From Eubacteriaceae bacterium (GTDB lineage Bacteria; Bacillota; Clostridia; Eubacteriales; Garciellaceae): 57,581 nt of DNA. Where the stretch lies: the NCBI GenBank assembly GCA_012838085.1, contig DUPX01000119.1:1-57581 (forward strand), written 5' to 3'. The position numbers and the translations under genes are program-made. Under the pieces are notes generated by a model. That model saw only the letters and a list, made by a program, of their open reading frames with translations. It did not search any database and was not told the origin of the DNA. Below, in pieces: positions 49,679 through 57,581 of the stretch (position 1 is its first letter; every line of letters starts with the position of its first letter).

Positions 49679-50617
49679 ATGGACCCAATTTCACATGGTA
49701 TGGTAGGTTTGGCTATAGCGACTATAAGTGGAGAACCTATTGTTGGTGCTGTTAGTATTGGAACAACTCTTGGTGCCATGGCACCAGATTTAGATATTTT
49801 AGCTCAGTTTAAAGGACATCTTTCTTATCTTAAAAATCATAGGGGAATGTCTCATTCATTAGTGTTTTTAGCAGGGTTATCTTTAGCTATATCAATTTTA
49901 TTAGGTATTGTTTTCCCAGAAACAAGCCTTTTTAAAATTCTTTTATGGACTTTTATAGGTAGTTTATCTCATAGTTTTTTAGATATTTTAAATTCCTATG
50001 GTGCCCAGATATTTTGGCCCTTTAATAAAAAAAGGTTTTCAGGAAGTTTACTTCTGGCATATGATCCAGTGGTAATTAGCCTATCCTTATATATGTTAAT
50101 ATATAGAACATCAAGTAACTTGGTGTCATTAAGGGCTGGTTTATTATTTATACTTTATTTATTTATTAGATTGTTAGCAAGAAATCTTATTTATGATAAA
50201 ATTATTATACGGCTGGGAAAGGACATTGATATAAAAAAGGTGAAACTATTGCCTTCAATGACTCGAATTCATAAATGGCATTTTATAGTAGAGGCCAAAG
50301 AAAAGTTTATAGTGGGAGAAGTTAATATTTTTAATAGACAGTTTAAGGTTTTGAAGGAATTAGAGAAAAAGAAGACCCTTATTTATCAGGAGATAGTACA
50401 AAACAAGGTGGGGGAATTCTTTGATGACTTTACCCCTATATATCATATAGATATACAGGATAAAGGTGAATATTATTATGTAGTATTTACTGATTTAAGA
50501 TATATGGTAAAGGATGAATTTTTATATCATGCTACAGCTATTCTTTCAAAAGATTTAAAAGTATTAGAAGGGGTATTTCACCCCTATAGTTTAAAACGTA
50601 GTGTAGTTATTGCATAA
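49679..50617 (+). CDS. Membrane-bound metal-dependent hydrolase (YdjM/DUF457 family)
   Basis: N-terminal MDPISHG, plus HRGMSHS and SHSFLD His motifs within TM segments. Confidence 0.7.
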   Translation: MDPISHGMVGLAIATISGEPIVGAVSIGTTLGAMAPDLDILAQFKGHLSYLKNHRGMSHSLVFLAGLSLAISILLGIVFPETSLFKILLWTFIGSLSHSFLDILNSYGAQIFWPFNKKRFSGSLLLAYDPVVISLSLYMLIYRTSSNLVSLRAGLLFILYLFIRLLARNLIYDKIIIRLGKDIDIKKVKLLPSMTRIHKWHFIVEAKEKFIVGEVNIFNRQFKVLKELEKKKTLIYQEIVQNKVGEFFDDFTPIYHIDIQDKGEYYYVVFTDLRYMVKDEFLYHATAILSKDLKVLEGVFHPYSLKRSVVIA

Positions 50618-50643
50618 AGTGGTTAATTCCACTTTATTTTTTT
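50616..50643 (+). terminator. Intrinsic terminator after the ydjM-like gene
   Basis: AAGTGG-TTAATT-CCACTT followed by a T-run. Confidence 0.65.
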
Positions 50644-50745
50644 GTCTATAAAGAGGATATTCAACATACATGAAGAATAAAAACAATACAAAATATTGGA
50701 ACTTATTTTTAATATAGACAGTCTAACATTTAAGGAGGTAAATTA

Positions 50746-51306
50746 ATGAATGACTTAGAAAAAATGCTAATTCGCCGGAGTAAAAAAGGGGACCGGGATG
50801 CCTTTGAGGTTTTGGTTTTAAATTATATGAATAAGATCTATAATATTGCTTTTGGTTTAGTTGGAAATAATGAGGATGCTAAAGATGTTGTCCAGGAAAC
50901 CTTTATTAAGGTATTTAAAAATATTCATACCTTTAAAGGGAAAAGCCAATTTTCTACTTGGCTTTATAGAATAACCGTTAATACCAGTAAGGATTTATTA
51001 AGAAACAAAAAATATACCCTACCAATAGAAGAACTATATGGAGAAGATGAACTTGGGAATGGAAATATTCTCCCCCAAGAACAAATAGAACAATTGGAAG
51101 AAAGGGAAGCAATATTCAATGCATTAAAAGAGCTAAAGGAAGACTTTAGCAATGTTATTATTTTAAAGGATTTAAACGGCTTTTCATATCAGGAAATAGG
51201 AGAAATATTAAATATCAATATAGGCACTGTTAAATCAAGAATATCCAGAGGACGACAGCAACTTAAAACTATCTTGCAGGAAGCAGATAGAAAATATAAG
51301 CAATAA
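50746..51306 (+). CDS. ECF-type RNA polymerase sigma factor (SigW-like)
   Basis: Region 2 DVVQETFIKVF and FSTWLYRITVN. Region 4 FSYQEIGEILNINIGTVKSRISRGR. Confidence 0.85.
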   Translation: MNDLEKMLIRRSKKGDRDAFEVLVLNYMNKIYNIAFGLVGNNEDAKDVVQETFIKVFKNIHTFKGKSQFSTWLYRITVNTSKDLLRNKKYTLPIEELYGEDELGNGNILPQEQIEQLEEREAIFNALKELKEDFSNVIILKDLNGFSYQEIGEILNINIGTVKSRISRGRQQLKTILQEADRKYKQ

Positions 51307-51318
51307 GGAGGAGAAAAA

Positions 51319-52560
51319 ATGAATTGTACAGAAATAAGAGAACTGATTTCATCATATATAGATGGAGAACTTTCGGAAGAAGAGGCAATAAAATTTGAAA
51401 ATCACATTAAAGCATGTAAAGACTGCTATAATGAATATATTTCAATATTAGAAGTTGCAAAAAGGATAAATTCTATAGAAGAACAATCCCTACCGGTAGA
51501 TTTTAAAGAGGATTTAATAAACAAATTAAATAAAATAGAAAAGGAAGAAAAAAACTTTAAAACAATTATTCCTAAAGGATTCAGCAATTGGAAATCCCTT
51601 ACGGCAATATTTGTAATAGGAGTTTTTTTATTCAGTATTTCTTTAGGTCTATTTAATTCCTTTGACTTTTTCCTACCTAAATCTGGTGCAGGTATGGATG
51701 GAGCAATAGGTGAAAAGGACAGTTATGAAATGACCCAACAAAATTCTTTTCCCGGTGCCTCTAGGGATGAAGATGTAGAAAGGGAAGCAGAATTTAAAGA
51801 TAGTTCTAAAGAGATAACGGGGGAGATAGAAGAGCCTAATACAGACTTTAGTAGTATGCAGGAGAAAATTATTTATTCTGCAGAACTATCTATACAGGTG
51901 GATGAGTATGATAAGACCATAAAAGATATAAAACAATATGTAAAGGATGTTAAAGGCTTTATAGAAAGATCTAGTACCTACACTCCACAATATGGTTCAA
52001 AGGTCAATGAAAGTATTAAGAGTGGTCAAATTATAATTAGAATACCTTCTATAAAATTCGATGAGGCCCTAGATAAGATTGAAGAAATGGGTAAACTTAT
52101 CAATAATAATATATCTGGAGATAATATAACTTCTAAATACCGGGATGTTGAGGTGGAATTAAAAAATTTAGAAATTCAGGAAGAACGAATCCAAGAAATA
52201 ATGAAGAAGGCAGATCAAGTAGGGGATATTTTAGAAATTGAAAGGGAATTAAATAGAATAAGAACGGAAATTAATTTAAGAAAAACATCCCTAAAGAATT
52301 GGGACCAATTAGTGGACTATTCAACTATATCAATAAATATTAGAGAAGAGAAAATATCTACCTCAAGCATTGAAGGTGGCCCCTTTAAGGATATAGGTAA
52401 AAAAATTCAAAAAGGTTTTATCCAATCTATTAATATTATTGTAGAAGGTATAGCAAAACTAATTATATTAATTGCTAAATTAATTCCTTTTATTTTAATA
52501 ATTACTATCTTGGCATTTATATTTAGAAAATGGATATGGATAAAAGTTAAGAAAAAGTAA
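51319..52560 (+). CDS. ZAS-type anti-sigma factor with extracytoplasmic DUF4349-like domain
   Basis: HIKACKDC zinc motif, one central TM helix, a coiled-coil-rich C-terminal domain and a terminal TM helix. Confidence 0.7.
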   Translation: MNCTEIRELISSYIDGELSEEEAIKFENHIKACKDCYNEYISILEVAKRINSIEEQSLPVDFKEDLINKLNKIEKEEKNFKTIIPKGFSNWKSLTAIFVIGVFLFSISLGLFNSFDFFLPKSGAGMDGAIGEKDSYEMTQQNSFPGASRDEDVEREAEFKDSSKEITGEIEEPNTDFSSMQEKIIYSAELSIQVDEYDKTIKDIKQYVKDVKGFIERSSTYTPQYGSKVNESIKSGQIIIRIPSIKFDEALDKIEEMGKLINNNISGDNITSKYRDVEVELKNLEIQEERIQEIMKKADQVGDILEIERELNRIRTEINLRKTSLKNWDQLVDYSTISINIREEKISTSSIEGGPFKDIGKKIQKGFIQSINIIVEGIAKLIILIAKLIPFILIITILAFIFRKWIWIKVKKK

Positions 52561-52584
52561 ATCAATAATAGTAAATTTATCAAT

Positions 52585-52631
52585 AAAGTATAACATTGGA
52601 CTGTCTAATCCTTTGTTATACTTTATTTTTT
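52585..52631 (+). terminator. Intrinsic terminator after the sigma/anti-sigma operon
   Basis: AAAGTATAACA pairs with TGTTATACTTT, followed by ATTTTTT. Confidence 0.75.
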
Positions 52632-52665
52632 GATATAATAGTATAAAATGATTTTTTAAATTGAG

Positions 52666-55344
52666 GTGAAGAATTTGTCCAATGAAAAGTGGTTTTTAAT
52701 AGATGGAAATAGCTTAATATATAGAACCTTTTATGCTCTTCCACCTTTGACAACATCCAAGGGAGTACATACAGGTGCTATTAGAGGATTTACTACAATA
52801 TTATTAAAGATTATTAATGAAGAAAAACCTGACTATATAGGTGTAGCCTTTGATAAAAGAACTCCCACTATTAGACATGAGTATTATGAAGAATATAAAG
52901 CAGGCAGATTGAAGATGCCAGAGGATCTTGCAGTCCAAATACCACTCTTAAAGGCTATATTGGAGGCCTTTGGTATAAAGATTATATCCCTAGATGGCTA
53001 TGAAGCAGATGACTTAATTGGCACCCTTTCAAAATACGGTGAAGAAAAGGGTATAGAAGTAAAAATTATAACTGGAGATAGGGATGCCTATCAATTAGCT
53101 TCAGATTTAACTACTATTTGGTACACTAAAAAAGGAATTTCAGAGTTTGATGCAGTAGACCAGCAGGAGATATATAAAAAATATGGTATAACTCCCCAAG
53201 AATTAATAGATGTTAAAGGTTTAATGGGAGATAAGTCTGATAATATTCCTGGGGTTCCTGGAATTGGAGAAAAAACAGCTTTAAAGTTAATTCAAGAATA
53301 TAAATCCATAGAAGGAGTATATGAAAATATAGATAAAATTAAAGGAAAGGTATTATATAATAATTTATTAGCCTATAAAGAACAGGCAGTTTTAAGTAAA
53401 AGACTGGCTACTATAGTTAGGAATATTCCCCTAGAATTAGATATTAATGAATTTAAATATAAGGGCCAGTACAATAAAAAAGTTATTGAATTATTTAATG
53501 AATTAGAATTTAATGCAATACTAGATGGGATGGGTATAGAAACTCAGATAGAAGAAGAACAGCTTCAATTAGATTTTGAAAATATTTCTAATGAAAGGGA
53601 GTTAAAGACTTTATTAGGCAATATTAATAAAAGCTACAAGATTTTTTTAAATTGGTATTTAGAAGGGGAAAATCATAGGAAAAAGACTATCCAAGCTATA
53701 GCGATAGGATTAGAGAAAAAGTTTTATTATATTGACTTAGATAGTATAGATAAGGAATATATTTTACAAGAACTTAGACCAGTACTTGAAAACAAAGATA
53801 TTAAGAAAATATGTCATAATGGGAAAGAAATAATGGTTTTTTTATTGGCCAATGATATCAAACTAAGGGGTCTAGAATTCGATACTTATATTGCAGCCTA
53901 TATACTAGATCCCTCTGAATCAAGATATGATCTTCACCTATTATCATCTAAATATTTACACAAAAACATTGGTAGCAAGGAACAATTATTAGGCAAGGGA
54001 AAAAATGCAAAATTATTTTCAGATTTGAACTATAAAGATAAATCCCAGCTCCTTATTAGTGAACTAGCTACATTGATAGAGTTATATGAGGAGTTTAAGG
54101 TAAAGATTCAGGAGCAAAATATGAATTCTCTTTATTATGAAATAGAATTACCATTAATATATGTATTGGCAGATATGGAAGATATAGGTTTTAGGGTTGA
54201 AAAAAACGAATTAATGAAACTCTCTAAGGAATTCGGGGAGAAGATAGAAAAATTAACTTTAGAAATATATGAACTGGCAGGAGAAGAGTTTAATATTAAT
54301 TCACCAAAACAACTAGGGCATATATTATTTGATGTATTGAAACTACCAGTAATTAAAAGAACCAAAACAGGTTATTCTACAAATATAGAAGTTTTAGAAA
54401 AATTAAAGGACAAACATCCTATTATTGAAAAAATTATGGATATTAGGCAGCTAGTAAAACTAAAGTCCACCTATGTAGACGGGTTAATGGATATAATAGA
54501 TAATGAAACCCTAAATATACACTCTAGTTTTAATCAGACTATCACCTCCACTGGAAGAATTAGTAGTTCTGAACCTAACCTGCAAAATATTCCTGTTAGA
54601 ATGGAAATGGGAAGAAGGATTAGAAGGGTTTTTGTTCCCCGAAATCCAGACAATTATCTTGTAGATGCGGATTACTCTCAAATTGAACTTAGAGTTTTAG
54701 CCCATATATCAGGAGATGAAAATCTTATAAATGCCTTTAATAAAGATCAGGATATTCATACCCAAACTGCTTCTCAAGTATTTGATGTGGCCATAGAAGA
54801 TGTAACACCTGCCATGAGAAATAGCGCAAAAGCTGTTAATTTTGGTATAGTTTATGGAATAAGTGATTTTGGCTTATCTAGAGATTTAAATATACCCCGT
54901 TATGAGGCAAAACAATATATTGACAATTATAAAATGAAATATTTTGGTGTAAATAAATACATGGAGGATATTAAAAAAGAGGCCGCAAAACTAGGCTATG
55001 TAACTACAATCTTTGGCCGTAAAAGATATATAGAAGAAATTCGTTCCAGAAATTTTAATCTTAGGGCTCTTGGGGAGCGACTAGCGTTAAATACACCTAT
55101 ACAGGGAACAGCAGCAGATATTATAAAGATTGCCATGATAAATGTCCATAAAAGATTAGAAGAAAATAATATGGAATCTAAGCTTATATTACAAGTGCAT
55201 GACGAATTAATTGTAGAGGCAACGGAAAAAGAGCTGGAAGAGGTTAAGATAATCTTAGCAGAAGAGATGACTAGAGCAGCTAGTCTAAAGGTAGAACTTA
55301 AAGTGGATATTACCCATGGGAAAAGCTGGTATGAAACAAAATAA
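52666..55344 (+). CDS. polA: DNA polymerase I
   Basis: 5'-nuclease domain (LIDGNSLIYRTFYA, GDKSDNIPGVPGIGEKTA), 3'-5' exo-like domain, and Pol A motifs DYSQIELRVLAH, RNSAKAVNFGIVYG and QVHDELIVE. The start is either GTG 52666 or TTG 52675, after a GAGGTG SD. Confidence 0.95.
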   Translation: MKNLSNEKWFLIDGNSLIYRTFYALPPLTTSKGVHTGAIRGFTTILLKIINEEKPDYIGVAFDKRTPTIRHEYYEEYKAGRLKMPEDLAVQIPLLKAILEAFGIKIISLDGYEADDLIGTLSKYGEEKGIEVKIITGDRDAYQLASDLTTIWYTKKGISEFDAVDQQEIYKKYGITPQELIDVKGLMGDKSDNIPGVPGIGEKTALKLIQEYKSIEGVYENIDKIKGKVLYNNLLAYKEQAVLSKRLATIVRNIPLELDINEFKYKGQYNKKVIELFNELEFNAILDGMGIETQIEEEQLQLDFENISNERELKTLLGNINKSYKIFLNWYLEGENHRKKTIQAIAIGLEKKFYYIDLDSIDKEYILQELRPVLENKDIKKICHNGKEIMVFLLANDIKLRGLEFDTYIAAYILDPSESRYDLHLLSSKYLHKNIGSKEQLLGKGKNAKLFSDLNYKDKSQLLISELATLIELYEEFKVKIQEQNMNSLYYEIELPLIYVLADMEDIGFRVEKNELMKLSKEFGEKIEKLTLEIYELAGEEFNINSPKQLGHILFDVLKLPVIKRTKTGYSTNIEVLEKLKDKHPIIEKIMDIRQLVKLKSTYVDGLMDIIDNETLNIHSSFNQTITSTGRISSSEPNLQNIPVRMEMGRRIRRVFVPRNPDNYLVDADYSQIELRVLAHISGDENLINAFNKDQDIHTQTASQVFDVAIEDVTPAMRNSAKAVNFGIVYGISDFGLSRDLNIPRYEAKQYIDNYKMKYFGVNKYMEDIKKEAAKLGYVTTIFGRKRYIEEIRSRNFNLRALGERLALNTPIQGTAADIIKIAMINVHKRLEENNMESKLILQVHDELIVEATEKELEEVKIILAEEMTRAASLKVELKVDITHGKSWYETK

Positions 55345-55367
55345 GAATTTTAGAGAGGTAAGTAATA

Positions 55368-55958
55368 ATGGATATAATCGGATTAACAGGTGGAATAGCC
55401 AGCGGTAAAACCACTGCTTCCAATATTTTAAGGTCTTTCGGAGCTACAATTATAGATGCAGATCATCTTGCCCGTAAGGTGGTAAAAAAAGGAGAACCAG
55501 CTCTGGATAAGCTAGTAGCTGCATTTGGTGAAGCAATATTAACTAATGATGGAGAACTTAATAGAAAGAAATTAGGAGAAATAGTGTTTAATGATAATAA
55601 AAAGTTGGAAAAACTTAATGATATTTTGCATCCCCTTATTAATTCTTTAGCAATTAAACTATTCCAAAAGGAAAGAAATAAGGGAAAGGACAAAATAGTT
55701 TATGATAGTCCCCTTCTAATTGAAAAAAACTTGATTCATATGGTGGATAAAGTTTGGTTAATATATCTTGATGAAAAATCCCAATTAAGGAGATTGATGG
55801 AAAGAGATAACTATACAAAAGTTCAGGCATTAAAAAGAATCAATAGCCAGATGCCCATTAAAGATAAAATAAGATTTGCAGATGTTTTAATAGATAATAG
55901 TGGTAGTATAAGTGACTTAGAAGAAAAACTTAGATTCCTTTGGTATAATTACTCATAA
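55368..55958 (+). CDS. coaE: Dephospho-CoA kinase
   Basis: P-loop GLTGGIASGKTT, ADHLAR, and the usual position downstream of polA. Confidence 0.9.
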   Translation: MDIIGLTGGIASGKTTASNILRSFGATIIDADHLARKVVKKGEPALDKLVAAFGEAILTNDGELNRKKLGEIVFNDNKKLEKLNDILHPLINSLAIKLFQKERNKGKDKIVYDSPLLIEKNLIHMVDKVWLIYLDEKSQLRRLMERDNYTKVQALKRINSQMPIKDKIRFADVLIDNSGSISDLEEKLRFLWYNYS

Positions 55959-55975
55959 GGAGGAGAAAGGCTCTA

Positions 55976-57581
55976 ATGAAGCTGGTAACAAAGATTAAGA
56001 TATTGTTGATAATAAGTATCTTCACTATAATTTCAAGTTCTTGCAGCACTGATATAGAAGGTCCATTAGAAGAAATTCAAGAAGAAAAGCCAATAGAAAA
56101 TAAAATACTCACTCCTATTACAGGAGGAACCCTTTTCCTGGGAATTATTACGCCTTCCCACTTAAATCCAATAATTAACCAAGAAGAAGACAGTTATCAT
56201 ATATTAAGATTAATTTATGAATCTTTAATTACCTTAAATGAGGAATATAGACCTAAACCTTTATTGGCTGAGGATTGGAAAGTGGAAAACAGTGGAGAAA
56301 CTATAGTTTTTAATCTTAGAAAGAATGTGACTTGGCACGATGGGGAACCATTTACTGCAAAAGATGTAATTTTCACCTTAGATGTACTAAAACATAAAGA
56401 TGTGGAATCACCATATACCCAATATGTAGATAAGGTCAAGTCTTATAAAGCTATAGATGAACATAAAGTGGAAGTAAACTTCATAAATAACCAAAGTGGA
56501 AATATTGAGGCATTTGTCTTCCCAATAATCCCTAGCCATAGATATAAAAGACCTAAAGATGTAATAACTGACTATAGATGGTCTCCTATTGGTACCGGCT
56601 ATTATCAATTGGGCAAATATATACAAGGTAGAGAAATAAGTCTTAAAGTTAATAAAGATTATTGGGGTAAAGTACCATATATTGAAAATATTAATATAAG
56701 TCTTATGACTAAAAAAGATAAAATAGCTAAAACATTTGAAACAAAGGGTATTGATCTGTTAAAGACTACTGATAATAAATGGAGCCATTTTATTGAGGAT
56801 GAAAACCTAACAATATATCATTATAATACACAATATTTTAAGTTTATTGCCATTAATCATAATAAAGAAATATTTAAAAATAAAAACATTAGAAAGGCAA
56901 TTCAACTTTCACTTAATAGAGAAGGCATGCTAGAAGAATTGTATTTAAAGCAAGGTAAAATAGTAGATTTCCCAATACCACCTCATTCATGGTTATATGA
57001 TAAAAATATTTCAACTCAAGGCTATAATATAAAAGAAGCAAAGAAGTTAATTTCTGAAAGCGGTTGGGAAAAGCTATTGAAGGATGATGAGAAGGGAAAT
57101 AATAATAAGCTGGAATTTGAATTATTGATAAAGGCTGGAGACAAATTAAGGATTCAGGAAGCCCAAATAATTAAAAAGTCAATAGAGGCTATAGGAATAA
57201 ATGTTAATATAAAGGAGTTACCGCCAGAAAAAATCAATGAAAGCATAAAAAAAGGGGAATTTGATGCTATACTCTCCGGATGGAATTTATCCTTTATACC
57301 TGATTTAACATTTGCATTTCATTCAGAAGAAATTGACAATGGAAAAAATTTTATTTCATATAGAAATAGTACAATAAATAAGCTCCTGACGGAAGCAAGA
57401 AAATATAAAAATGAAGAGGAAAGAATAAATATATATAAAGAATTACAATCAAAAATAATAGAAGAACTTCCTTATATTAATTTATATTTTAAAACATCCT
57501 CCCTAATTGTAAATAATAGGGTAAAAGGACCAATTAGTCCTACAGATTATAATATATTTAATAATATTGAAGAATGGTATA
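55976..57581 (+). CDS. ABC transporter substrate-binding lipoprotein, family 5 (peptide/nickel type), 3'-truncated by the window end; not in the supplied ORF track
   Basis: The frame is open from the ATG at 55976 (AGGAGGAG SD) to the window end. Lipobox IISSSC. Contains LAEDWKVENSGETIVFNLRKNVTWHDGEPFTAKDV, which is typical of SBP_bac_5. Confidence 0.8.
   Translation, partial: MKLVTKIKILLIISIFTIISSSCSTDIEGPLEEIQEEKPIENKILTPITGGTLFLGIITPSHLNPIINQEEDSYHILRLIYESLITLNEEYRPKPLLAEDWKVENSGETIVFNLRKNVTWHDGEPFTAKDVIFTLDVLKHKDVESPYTQYVDKVKSYKAIDEHKVEVNFINNQSGNIEAFVFPIIPSHRYKRPKDVITDYRWSPIGTGYYQLGKYIQGREISLKVNKDYWGKVPYIENINISLMTKKDKIAKTFETKGIDLLKTTDNKWSHFIEDENLTIYHYNTQYFKFIAINHNKEIFKNKNIRKAIQLSLNREGMLEELYLKQGKIVDFPIPPHSWLYDKNISTQGYNIKEAKKLISESGWEKLLKDDEKGNNNKLEFELLIKAGDKLRIQEAQIIKKSIEAIGINVNIKELPPEKINESIKKGEFDAILSGWNLSFIPDLTFAFHSEEIDNGKNFISYRNSTINKLLTEARKYKNEEERINIYKELQSKIIEELPYINLYFKTSSLIVNNRVKGPISPTDYNIFNNIEEWY

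Noticed and set aside
1-57581. CRISPR arrays, IS elements, prophage, toxin-antitoxin or known antiphage defence systems
   Set aside because: I saw no regularly spaced direct repeats, no transposase, integrase or recombinase motifs, and no defence-type nuclease, ATPase or methylase gene sets.

Overview
This is a low-GC, Clostridia-type Firmicute chromosomal segment with dense, mostly housekeeping coding. I saw no transposase, integrase, phage gene or CRISPR array. About 55 protein genes can be supported. They include many O2/ROS-defence and redox genes: a CoA-disulfide reductase/NADH oxidase family enzyme, MsrAB, a TrxR-like/Grx-like pair, an FprA flavodiiron protein, an NROR-like flavoprotein and hemerythrin-type proteins. 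Other genes are a DEAD-box helicase, HPr, MgtE, class II RNR NrdJ, FolT, two ECF sigma/anti-sigma modules, a FecCD-type ABC importer, PolA and CoaE. RNA features I could read directly are an M-box riboswitch upstream of mgtE, a THF riboswitch upstream of folT, tRNA-Ala(GGC), tRNA-Leu(CAA) and many intrinsic terminators. Two genes are missing from the ORF track: a 58-aa DUF896 gene (46238..46414) and a 3'-truncated family-5 solute-binding protein (55976..57581). Five items are most worth a second look. (1) A SorC-regulated cluster of DUF1116, cyclase-family hydrolase, NCS2 permease and C_GCAxxG_C_C proteins has no described pathway. (2) An unclassified ~200-nt terminator/antiterminator leader RNA lies upstream of an orphan HPr gene. 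(3) A 2849-aa cyclic beta-1,2-glucan-synthase-like giant protein follows (4) a fused NDP-sugar pyrophosphorylase/phosphohexomutase gene that is broken by a frameshift in a poly(A) tract. (5) A TrxR-like flavoprotein lacks the canonical NAD(P)H fingerprint. All functional calls come from motif recognition by eye; no database search was run.
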